Assembly (NCBI GenBank): GCA_002269645.1
Contig: NIVC01000528.1
Span: 62,001 to 126,000 of the forward strand
From: Macrostomum lignano
Lineage: Eukaryota
Direction: 5' to 3'
DNA: 64,000 nt
Part shown: piece after piece, positions 22,226-33,609 of the stretch
How the letters are laid out: every line of letters starts with the position of its first letter
Position numbering within the stretch: the stretch's first letter is position 1
The notes under the pieces: model-generated
Told to the model about the DNA's origin: nothing
Databases searched by the model: none
What the model saw: only the letters and a program-made list of their open reading frames with translations
Made by a program: the position numbers and the translations under genes

Positions 22226-23504
22226 CAACAAAAATAACCGATACAAATCTTGACGACTCCTCGCAAATGAACGCGTCATATCATACGGCCCAAGGCGCAA
22301 GGAATCAGAGGGGAAGAAGGGAGGGTGCAGCGCAAAAATTATAGTGGGAGGCCCAGGGCGTGCCATATATCACTATGATAGATTGTTGTGTTAGATTTCC
22401 CCGCGGGTGAATACGTGTAGATAGCTTGGTCTTCCCGTGGGCCACGGCCAATTGTAGCTACAGCTGCTCAGAGAAAAAGACGACCAATACTGCATATATA
22501 TACATGTACTAGGAGCGAGCATGCATGTATAATGTGCTTAAAGAACTTTATTCAATTTACACTGCCACTATCTGAAGTTTACAAAAATTGAGATTTCGTT
22601 TAATAAGATATTTACATGTAAAGCTACGGGTTCGGTTGCAGCGTAGTAGCAACGTCAGCGTTTCAAACTGATCCGAAAACCTTGACAGGTACAGCGCTTG
22701 ACAGGTAGAGCACACCATAAGGACGTCAGGACAGGACGACGACGACCACAGGCACAGCGCTACCAAAACCGAGTTTCTCGTGTCGGCCTTTTCATTCATA
22801 TTGTAGGTCGGTGCTCGTATATACCTCACAGTTGTCATCGAGTCGTTAAACTAAAATTGTAAAAATAGGATGACCGGATCTCCAGTTCTCGGTTCAGTTC
22901 CGAAATTTATATTATTTCATTCCGGATTTCCTACTCTAAATAGTAAGTGTATAAACAAAGTAAAAACTTTTGTGCTACAATTGCACCAAAAAATTAAAAT
23001 AAAGAGCGTTGTATTCTATAGAATTATACTTTCTAATGAATAATTTTAGATTTCTTTGTACTTTTTGTATCAGTCACTTTAGCGTGCATATGGAATTATG
23101 GAACTATGCACGAATATGAAATTCAAAAGCACATGCTTTCGAAGTCCTGTTTAAAAGACACTAGGGCAAAGAAAGTTTCCTTACACACCTCTTTTTAATA
23201 TAAATTTAATAAGATATTAAATAAGAATATAACATTTATTTATCACCTTTGAAATGTAACTTCATACAGTAAGAATAAAAATATAAGCATTAAAGTTGAC
23301 AGTCTTTTGCTGAGCCAAACTGTCACTCTACAATGATAGTATTAAATATTTGAATACGCGTAGATGAAGTTTTTTTAGTTTTTACTCTTATTAAGACTAC
23401 AAAAACAATTTTACCTGGGGACTATATGAAGTATAACTTGTTTTAACTAGCTCGTATTTGTTTTACTTAAATGAATAAAAAATACATACACTGTAAAAGT
23501 TAGC

Positions 23505-24500
23505 TCATAACAACAACAGTCACATAGCAGGGTGCGTCAGATGGCGCGCCGCAGTGCCTGAGAGCGGACGAAGCGCCCGCCCCGTTGCATTTGGCAGTTT
23601 CGGGCACCCTGGCGTCGCGTAGGAGGCAGTTCACGTATCGACGGGTTTGGGCCTGACCCCGCCTGAGCGGGCCCTGCAGGGTGAGTAGCAGGACGTCCTG
23701 AACAGGTTGGGGGCAGTAGCCCTCGGCCCGGATCACGTAAGTGACCCACCAGTTGAAGTCGCCGCCGGCGCAGGATGGTGGACGGGCGCTGCAGCTTGGC
23801 CCGATCGTACAGGGCCTCGGTCCCGCGACGCTCTCGTCAGCTCGAAAGGCCGCACGGAGCAGCCCTGAGTGCGCCGAGAGTCCAGCAGCTGCCGCTCTAG
23901 CGTAGCCGTCAGTGTCCACGTCTCGGCGTTGTAGAGCAGAACGGTTTCGACCACCGCCTGCCACAGCCGAGCCCTCTGGTGGTCGGGCAGCGCTTCGGAC
24001 TGGACGTCGGCCCGGATTGAATGGAAGGCTGTCCAGGCAAGACCTCGGCGCCGCCGGAGGTCTTCCTCCACTTGAAGCATCAGACCGCCGAGGTAGGTGA
24101 ACCGCGCGCTGGCAGCGTGCTAGCGTGGTCGTCTGCCCGTCTGCGAAGCGACATGTCAGGTCCGCTGGGATGTCGGCCGGCACAGTCAGCACCTCAGTTT
24201 TCAGCGTGTTGACAACCAGTCCGACGCTCGATGCCACCTCGACCAACCTGTCGATCTGGCGCTGGGCGCCTTCAACGGACGAGGACAGGAGGGCGAGGTC
24301 ATCGGCGTAGCCAAGCACGCTGCATGTATAAGGCGCTTTTCGCCGTGGCGGCGACCGATGCGTCTGCGCAGCAGGAAGCCGTCGTTAGCCGAAAGGACTG
24401 CGGTCCGAAGCACCCAGTCCAGCAGCAGCACGAAGAGAAACGGCGCTAAAGTGTCATCCTGCAGAACTCCTGATGATGAAGTGTCGAACTGATGATGATT
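23505..24500 (-). mobile_element. 5'-truncated, frameshifted non-LTR retrotransposon (RTE-like) RT fragment
   Basis: SSGVLQDDTLAPFLFVLLLDW, LGYADDLALL, GLVVNTLKTEVL, LLYNAETWTLT spread over three frames; ends in a short (TGT)n tail. Confidence 0.85.
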
Positions 24501-24934
24501 TACATGTATGTAATCGCCCCAGTGAACCGTCTTTCTCATGGGGGAAGGATCAGATCGTATGACTATAGGGATATGGCTGCCAGCCGTTATGACCAGGCTA
24601 TGACCGACAGATCACCTTCAGGTTGTCCCGCCCATTATTAATAGATTTTTGTGGTGTTATTTTAGAGACCTGAGGGGTAAGGACCCACATGTGCCCCATC
24701 GATAGCTAAGGTGCAAATTTTGTCATCGGGGTATTGCATGACCCACAGGTGACCTGGTGCCAGAGCCCCGCCTGGGATGGGATCAAGGGTTTGAGCTAGC
24801 AGGGAGCAGCATGCAGCCGAATAATGGGACTCTGCTTGGGCACAAATCGGGAACTCCAGGATCATTACTGAAGGATTTTTATCAGGTGATCCTTCAAAGG
24901 CTGTGATGACATACGGTTCAGATTGCAAAGAGTA

Positions 24935-26910
24935 GTGATGAGGACGCACTTTTTTCCAAATTTCACGCTCGCACATGGGTTCCAAACTTGCTAGCCTTTT
25001 TTTCTAGAATTCAAACTAGTAGGACTTTTGTAGCTATATTTAATCTGCCATTACTTGTAGTAATAATAACATAGGCGCGGTTTTTTGCTGCTTTTGGGTC
25101 ATAAATCATTGCGTCTGAGCTGGTCTGACAGCCACCTGCGCCTCACTCAATGCGGAGGCTGGCGCCAGATGGTCTGAGAGGATGCGGGCGGTAGCTTTTT
25201 TCTCATCATTTTGACAGGCCATCAAGATTTATGAGGTCAGGGCCTATTGTTCGTGTTCACTCAAGCGTGTGACAGCTTTGACAGCTATGCGTTTTACCCC
25301 TAAAAGTACTTAGGGATTAGCGATTAGCAATTTCTCTTCATTACCTTCGCTTTCTACTTAATAAGAGCTTTCTAATGTATATCTTCTCATTAATTTTTGT
25401 CAATTCTACGCGAAAGTCATAAACCTTTTTGTTGCGATTTTGATTGATATATGGCCGCGCCTGTCATATTTTTACGACCCCGAAGGAACTGATAGGATCT
25501 CCCGGTCACGTGACTTTGGGTGGCAACAAGCTAAGCCAATCAGAAAATTCGACGCTCATTTTAACAAATCGGCTCAGCCAATCAGAATCGACGTGTTCCA
25601 TTATACATTAAACTGCGGTCCAGTTGGCGGCTATTTAAACTGGTGTTTTTGGCCTGCTCGGACTAACTTTTCAACCCTTTCTGGAGACCGGCCAGGAACT
25701 TGCTCTCTCCCTGGCCCGACCGTCGTTTCTTGATCCCCGGATTGCGACTCCCCCCATCATCATCAAGGACGAATTCCCCCGGTCATCAGCAGTGAACATC
25801 AAAGTGAAGAGCATCACCTGCTAGCTATCTGCGAAGATTGTGACCTCAGCATCATCCCGGGTCTACAGCTGCAAAGCACTAAGCCGATTCGGTCACTGGA
25901 TTACCTGGTCTCCGGCTGTTGAGTTTCTCATTGGTTGGGTGAGAGGCTACCTAGACTTGCTTGATTGGGTGATTCCCTATCTTTCCCCTGTTTCAGTAGC
26001 TGGATTAGGCGCACGCTTTTGCTCATTTTTTTCGGTAGTGCTGCTACTGAGGCAGAAATCATTCAATAATACTGCTAGTAGTCTGAAGCTCCAATTTAAT
26101 CTGAGATGTGAAGTGATTTAAGGAGAAGGTTAAATCTGACAGTTATTTTTATCGGTTTTATTTCTTTGTTCGCCGATGGCTCAGATGAGTAGCTAAGCTA
26201 GTAGGCGCCGGTCATAGTGGACCAATGGCAAGGCAGTTTCAATCTATCAAATCAGTTAGCAAAACTGCCAGTAGTGCAGAATCGGCGCTAGAGATGTACT
26301 CTGTGCACTCTAGGTTCGCCAAGCGGCTCGGGTAATGAATCATGCGGTCTCTGAGGTTCGAGTTAGTCTATCATCAGCGCTAGGAGAGGCTAGTTTGCGC
26401 GTTGAAGGCCAAAAGTACAATTCTTCGTATTTAGCAATGTTATAGTACATGTAGCTACCCCATACTCTCGCCACTGCAAGAATCCCCTGCACAAGTCCCT
26501 CTGTACCTGCATGGCCAATGCGATCAAATCCCAGCAGTGTCCCTTATCATCGGCTATGATTTCGAGATTGACAGCAAAAAGACACTAGTTGGCAGGTAAG
26601 TGCTAAGCCCCCTCTAGTCGGAAGCCCGATTTCGAAAGTTCCGGTTTGGTGAGCCAGGACACACGGGCTGGTGGCAGCGGGTTAGTTAATCTGCGGATTA
26701 GCTGATCTCTACCTTCAAAATTCTCCCTGCTTGTCTCTCTCTGTCTCTCTCTTAGCTATAGGACCTAGACTGCTCGCCACACGATCAAGCTACCATGGGG
26801 CTGACCATCTGACAGGAGTGGGGGGCCAGGACTCTAATTGATTTATTTCTGAGACCTGAGGCCCGAAGGCTTCCCGAAAGGGGCCGAAAAGGCCGAAACC
26901 CATCAGTAGT
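24935..26910. mobile_element. Unclassified repeat family, copy B: terminal arm (24935..25583) plus core (25720..26910)
   Basis: Homologous to copy A and copy C; retains a GT..AG intron-like segment at 26596..26755. Confidence 0.7.
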
Positions 26911-26999
26911 GTATAGAGAACACGTATCAGCTATACATGTACATTATGTACATGTACATGTAGTTTGGATTGATCAATGGGTTCGGGCCTGGCCCCCTC

Positions 27000-27265
27000 A
27001 TATGAAAGGTTCTCCTCCATATGGAGCACCAGACCGCTGGTGTGATGAACCACTGCTGAAAGCGTGCGTCTGCGCCGTGGCATGTTTTAGGTCCGCTGTG
27101 ACGTCAGCAGACACAGTCAGCATCTCGGTCTTCCATTATGCTGACAACGCTTGAATCCACCTCTCTGTGCTTTCAACAGACGAGGAAAAGAGGTTGAGCT
27201 GGTCGCCAGCGTTGCCAAACAAGCTCAGGTGTTTTTTGCCGTGTGGCGAACGATGCGTCTCCACA
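27000..27265 (-). mobile_element. Older, degenerate fragment of the same RTE-like LINE
   Basis: Minus-strand translation RHGKKHLSLFGNAGDQLNLFSSSVES..KTEMLTVSADVTAD aligns to RRHGEKRL..GYADDLALLSSSVEG..KTEVLTVPADIPAD of the 23.5-24.5 kb copy. Confidence 0.6.
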
Positions 27266-27291
27266 ACAGATAAAACAGCGCGAAGAAATCT

Positions 27292-27640
27292 CTCCATTTC
27301 AGCATTCGGGATGTGCCATGAAGCTCAAAGATTTTCAATTGAAAAAATATTTTTGGTGTAAAGTCTACTCAGATGTTATATTGCAAAAATGCTTTTATTT
27401 TAATTTTAGAAAGCTTTTCCTTGCTGCGTAGTATGCATTTGATTTTTTTGTACACTACCATCTACGTCGTAAACGTTGAAGAAAATGCACTCCATTTCAG
27501 CATTCGAGGTGTGCCATGAAGCTCACGGATGTTAAATTGAAAAGATATTTTTGGTGTAAAGTCTACTCAGATGTTATTACAAAACTGCTTTTAGTTTAAT
27601 TTTAGAACGCTTTTCCTTGCTGTAGTATGCATTTGATTTT
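27292..27640. repeat. Imperfect tandem duplication, period about 200 bp
   Basis: ctccatttcagcattcg..gccatgaagctc..ttttggtgtaaagtctactcagatgttat..gcttttccttgctg occurs at ~27292 and ~27490. Confidence 0.8.
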
Positions 27641-29067
27641 TTGTTGATTTAGTTTCGTGGAACTGAACGGGGAACCGAAAATCCGGTCATAAAAATAGGG
27701 TTCCAATTCCAAAATTGTTTTTAAATCTTTTAAATTGCACAAAACTGCGTAATTTGAACTTTCGGCGGTAAAACAAAGCATTTACCTTAATATTGTAGTG
27801 ACATCAGTAAACTAAGCATAAAGCAAACATTTTTGTGTACTTTGATAATGTTTTTTTATGAAAGGTTGATTTTTTAAAGATATTACACAAGAAAGGCGTC
27901 ACATGTTTCGATCGAGTTTTCGCTTTCGCGAACGATTTTATCGTGGCTTTGGCCGTACTGGAGGCTTATTGTTGCTTTGGGAATCAGTTAGTAATTAGTC
28001 ACAGTCTGTGACACTGTCTGTGACACATAGTGGATCTTGACTCACTCATTTTTTACCTTTTTGTGCAATATATTTTCTCTTTTTGTCTTATTTTCGGGAG
28101 CATTGTTATTCGTATTTTACAGTAAAATAGATGAAAAATAGAAATGGAAAAGCATCAAATTGTTTAATAGTGTTTATGAAATATTTGTTAGAACAATATT
28201 TTTCACATGGTATCCATTTAAAAAAATCACCGTCAAATTCAATGTGTTTAATAGATGAGAATTTTCATCTTTTCATTGATTTGCAAACAATGTCAATAAA
28301 AAATTATTGCAGAAAAGTTAGACTGCAAAGCCTATGACTTCAACAAATGTATATAATAGACTAAAGTTATTAAACAGTGGGGTGTGAATGCAACAATAGT
28401 TAGGATCAATATTTTTACTGAAATAGATAACAAGGTGGAAAGTATTTTTTAAATATGATTTAAACTCATATATTTTGCCTTTGAAAATTCTAAGCCAGAA
28501 TTTTATAAAATCTCTTATAAGAAGAATTCAACTTTCAACTGCAAAACTTTCTAGAAAAGTAATATCTACTATAGGTACACACAAATGGAAAAAATATCGT
28601 GGGAAAACTATGGGAAAACTATCTATATATAACTATAGAATAAATTTATTTGTAAGTATCTGAAATAGGGTCTTGCCAATTCCCATTTTATTATTATAAG
28701 TAACTATATATAAATCTAAATTACCAACAAATCACAGAAATTATTTGTTTTAATACAGTATTATTATTTGTTATAAGCACTACTTTTGTTAAAATCTTTA
28801 TCTAATTTTTTTAAGTTGTCCTTGCCAATTATAATGTACCCCCATACCCCCTTGATTACTATATAAAGGCTTTGCCTAGCATGAAAATAAAACCAACTCA
28901 TTGCAAGTTCCAGTTTCTTCCTAGCTTGCCTCTTTTGCAAAAGGAAATTTCTGCTGAGAGGTGGTCTTTGCTTAATCAATTCTTATCTTAGAAATAGGGA
29001 CAAAAAGCCATGTAGGCAATAGAGGTTGTATAGATACAGAAATAGGGACAAGACTATACAGGCAATA

Positions 29068-32000
29068 TGTTGTGGCTTATGCCATGCAAAAGATAATGGG
29101 TTTTGCCCCCATAGGCTCAAGGTTTAATGTCTATCATATATATTTGACCCATAGAGGCAATAGTTATTACAATGGATTGCCTTATCTATGAGTACAAGGC
29201 TTATATACAACATCTCCCCTTTTAATTCAGTCAATCCTGTATTTCATAAAATAAAATAAACGTTCAGTTGTATGTCTTCTTTCGTGGGTCAACTTGCATT
29301 CTAATGGGGGTACTCTTCTCCGCTGTGGTCTGCCTTGTGCAGTTGCATGAGCACCAGGATGTACTGTGTCCGGATGCGCTTCTGACTTCTTCGCTGTCTG
29401 GCATGTCTCTACTATCACTGGGGCTCATCGTCTCAAAAACTTCTGATTCCTTCGCAGGACTCGTCCACTTGTTAGCTTTACCAAGAATCGTTGTTTTTAT
29501 CACTTCGACGACGACTCCATATCTATCCCACTTCCTTTTTTGCATGTCTTGGAATGCCACTCTGTCACAAGTTCTTAACTTGGGAAGCAAGTGGGCTGTG
29601 CTATTGTAGTGTTGTTCGACCTTTTTTTGTCTCTCTACCGCTTTTCTGTCAATCTCGTCAGCTGCTACTCGCCATTCTTCTGCAAAGGCCCTTGCATGGG
29701 TTGGAAGAGTATCGCGAACAGGATGACCAAAAACCACTTGAGCTGGTGACCTGCCATCGTAACGTAGGGTGTTGCAATAGATTAGTACACCCTGCGCCAA
29801 GTTGTCCCAGTTTGGTTCTCTCTCGCATTCTGATTCCAATTTCCACACACTAGCTTTTTCATCGTCTTCACAGCTGCTTCAGTGCGTCCATTACTTTGAG
29901 CAAACGTTGAGATGATCGTCTGCTCTCCACGTTCCAGAGTTGCAGAAATCCAAGAAACGGCTTCGTGGTGAATTATGGCCCGTTATCTGACCATAAGATT
30001 TCTGGAGCACCCTTCTCGCAAAATCTTCTTCTCCAATGCGTTCATACATGTGCAACCTTGGGAATCACTTGGCCGTTTTTATTGGCAACACACACATGTA
30101 AGTCGCTATTGGCTGTTAGCAGTCACGTGACTACTCTTCCGTCCAATAGCGACTTACATGTGTGTTGCCAATAGAAACGGCCGGGTGAATCCCTAGGTTG
30201 CGCCCAAGCATGATGCGTTTATAACTTTGCTTGTTGGAGCTTCTGCGCCAAAATAGTCAAGTGTCGGCCAGCCGGACTTTCCATCTGCGGTCACTAAGAA
30301 TACTTTTCCTGCGTATTGGAACAGGTAGGTCAACGTGCAGTTCCTGGAAAACTCTTTCTGTTAGTTTACGCACGACGAGAGGCTCCTTTGGCTGGCTGGA
30401 AAAATTCTCTTGACACAGAGTGCACTTTCTAGATGCCATTTCAATGTCGTTTTGGTCCCGGGCCAATAAAATGACATCCGTGCTCGCGCTTTCTTTCTTT
30501 CTTTAACAAAATCCAATCTGGTTCACCAAGCCAAAGAACGCTCTGAGGTCAGTCAAATTTTCCGGTTTTGGAAACTCCTGAATGGCTTTGACGATTGCTG
30601 AATCAATCAAATATCCATTAGAGTCCAGTTGAAATCCCGCGAATTTGACGGTGGGTTGAGCAAACACAAACTTGTCTGGGTTTAGACTGACTTTTTGTTC
30701 TCTGCACCTCTCGAGGAACTCACGCACTGCCTTAAACATGCTTTTCATATTCTGTGTGAGCTAGTAGTATGTCGTGCACATTGTGATAAGTATTCTTCAG
30801 GTTTTCCAGAACTTCGTCTACTCGTCTGTTGTAGTGTTCAGCTATAGATGACAGTCCGAACGGTGCCCGCAGGTGTTTATACCGACCAAATGGCGTAATC
30901 AAGGTGGTAAGTGCCTGTGACTCCTTGTCCATCGGTATCTGGTGGTATCCTTTCGTGGCGTCGACCGTCGTGAAGAACTTTACACATTTTGGCATAGTGG
31001 ACATGGACACTACCTCGAATGGCGTCTGACTAACATATTTTTCTCGGACGACGTACTTGTTTAAGTTGCGCAGATCTGCACACAGTCTTATCTTGTTTTG
31101 ATGCTTCTTGGGCTGCACTGTTAGAGGGGCTCACCATTCTGTAGGCTCTGTGACCCTGGCTACGATTATAATACCATCGCGCTCCAGCTCCTCGAGCTCT
31201 TGCTTCAGCAGTGGCTTGAGTGGTTCAGCTATTCTCCTTGGTGCTGAGATCGCAAAAGGCTTTGCGTCTGCTGATACCTTGATCTGGAATGTCTCGCCTG
31301 TCATCTCGCTGATTCTTGTCGTAAACACAGAATATTCTCTTATTAACTAATCAATTGGTCTTGAGTTGGTAGATTTTGCTATGCTGCATAAAATTTGATT
31401 TGGGAAGTCCTTTGGAATTATCCGAAGCTTTCGACACATCTCACGCGATAGAATGGTCGTTGAGATCCCACTGAGGACGTGAAATTGTTGCTTTGTCTGG
31501 GCATCATCCATAGAAATCTGCATTTGAACCGATCCCATGGACTTTAGTAGTCGACCATAAACTGCCATTGGGTGCACGTCTGAGTAGTCTAGATTGTTCG
31601 CATCTATTCCAATTATCGACAGAACACTTTTGGGGATAGCGCCTTTGAAAGCTCCTTTGTCTGGCAACGCCCGGATGACTTTCATTTCGTTGGACGTTGC
31701 GACACTTAAGTTCAGGCAGCTTGATGTGATTTCGTCTGTCTCAGCACTTGTGGCAGATAGGATTGAGTTGAATTTCTCACCCTTTAGTTTTTGTCCGCTT
31801 TTTGGTTTGACATTGCTTTGAAAAATCTTGCCACATAACTTGCAGCTCTTTCTCCAAGCTGGACATTTCTCCTTTCCAAACTCGTGATCGCTTTTAAACC
31901 GATCCCTCAGGTTTTTGAGGCTCGTTCCCTGGGGAGTTCTTTGCTTTCCTATAGTTCGAGTTTCTTCGGATGGCAGATATGTTTGGCGTCTCGCCCTTCA

Positions 32001-32811
32001 TAGTTGCACAGTTTTTCCTAGAACCTTCCATTGACTCGCAGATTGTCTTGACTCGTTCTAGAGTTATATCACTTCCTTCCTCGAGTAGCTTCTCAACGGT
32101 ATTTTTGTTTCTCAGACCCATCACGATTCTGTCTCGCAGTTGAAGCTCACGCAGCCTTTACGGCAATGGTTGAAGTTACACCGAGATGCCATCTCTTTTA
32201 GGGCGACGTACTAATCGCTGAATTGCTCGCCTTCCATCTGATTCCGTAGCCAGAATTCGCGACTTTCAAAAATCTCGTTTTGCTGTCCTGAGATAAAGTC
32301 TTCCAGAGCTTTTATGATCTCTGATGCATCGTTCTTGTTCTCAGGCTTCAGCGCTGGTAGGTTCTCGACGACTCGGAGGGTATCCATGCTTAGGCATTGC
32401 GCGCAGTGCGAAGAGGCCATATTTCTTCTCCGCGTCATCTTGGATTTCGTTTAATCCGGACAGTTCCTCGAAAGCCTCCCACATAAGTTTCCACTGTGGG
32501 AATAAAGTCCTCTGGCTTTCAGCGTCGAACTGTGGTGCGTTCCGCAGGTCTATCTTGAGCGCCATTGCAACAGAATGTTTCGTATTCAAGTAACAGAATT
32601 GAAACAGAATGTTTCGCTTTGAATTTGGGCTTCCTTTTCAGCTGCTTGCGAAGCTATGTTGTGGCTCATGCAAAAGATAATGGGTTTGGCCCTGCGCGCG
32701 TGGCTTAATGCCTATTATATATATTTGAATAATTAATTGTAATTTCAAGGAACTATTACTTGTAATAGTTATTGCAAGGAATTGCCTTATCTACAAGGCT
32801 TATATACAATA
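29068..32811 (-). mobile_element. Old, heavily mutated Ty3/Gypsy LTR retrotransposon
   Basis: Diverged LTRs at 29068..29212 and 32657..32811, TSD CAATA on both sides, PPT aaaaaggggaga next to the 3' LTR, degenerate PBS. Fragments of gag, PR, RT (VDATKGYHQIP, RAPFGL), RH and IN (SDNGP, RSPAQVVFG) with many stops and frameshifts. Confidence 0.9.
30043..30212. mobile_element. 170-bp palindromic MITE inside the old Gypsy integrase
   Basis: Arms 30052..30112 and 30143..30201 are inverted; central agtcacgtgact palindrome; CAT..ATG ends; 7-bp TSD ATGCGTT (30036..30042 and 30213..30219). Confidence 0.8.
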
Positions 32812-33609
32812 CAATAGAGGTCGTAAAGATCCAGAAATAGGGACAACATCGTACAGGCAATAGAGGTTGTACAGATAGGCTCTGTATAGGCTCAAGGGGT
32901 ATTAAGAAGGTCATACGATGAAGGTATTAATACGATTAAGGTGCATTAGAAAAAAACCGAAAAAGATTATATACTCGTATTAAGGCTCGCCGCTGGAAAC
33001 CCTTGATCCCCAGAAACGCTGTAATTTCGGATTTAGTTTAGGATTTATTAGTGCAGTGTCTTACTGCTCGGGCACTCGTAGGTACCACGAAATTTCCAAG
33101 AAATCTAGTGAATTAGGAATTATCTAGAAAAGAGTTATCACTTAGTGACTAATATTAGAAAATTTCATAGATAGGAGAAACAGCTCTGTAACAACTTGGT
33201 GGCACTTAGTAAAATTTGTGAGATAGAACAATTAAGTACAAATACACCTGTTACATCTTGGTGACAACCGGTGGAATTATAGAGACAGGACAAGGAGGCC
33301 TAGTACACCTTGGTGGCACAGTGGGATTTATAAACGGTAGAAGAAGACTCACTAGTACATATCATTAAATTTTTGTAAGTTGGTTATCTTACCAAATATG
33401 GTGTATATGGTGTATTCAAAGCATGATTCCAATGCTAAGCCATTTGAAGTAAAAAAGCTGTAAAATTTAGCAAATCTATGCTTTAGGCATTGATTTGTTT
33501 TCTTAGCCCCATATATTTTATAAATTTTCTAAGGACCTAAGCTGTCAATTTTATATCGCTAAAAAACCTCTCAAGTAGACTAAAATACTTAGGCTACCCA
33601 AAATAGGTA

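Noticed and set aside
26310-26375. tRNA-like A-box/B-box (gccaagcgg..gttcgag), also near 19885..19940
   Set aside because: Spacing is too short and no acceptor or anticodon stems can be formed.
26845-26905. Hammerhead-like ggccgaaaaggccgaaac
   Set aside because: It resembles stem II plus GAAAC, but the required CUGANGA core is absent here and in the homologous copies at about 20450..20510 and 48200..48260.
22861-27710. Imperfect ~40-bp inverted pair (22865..22910 and 27659..27700) as TIRs of a larger element
   Set aside because: Several mismatches, no TSD found, and the enclosed DNA is a mix of unrelated repeats.
33185-33320. Three spaced cttggtg[ga]ca motifs resembling a CRISPR array
   Set aside because: Short, degenerate and irregularly spaced; eukaryotic context with no cas genes.
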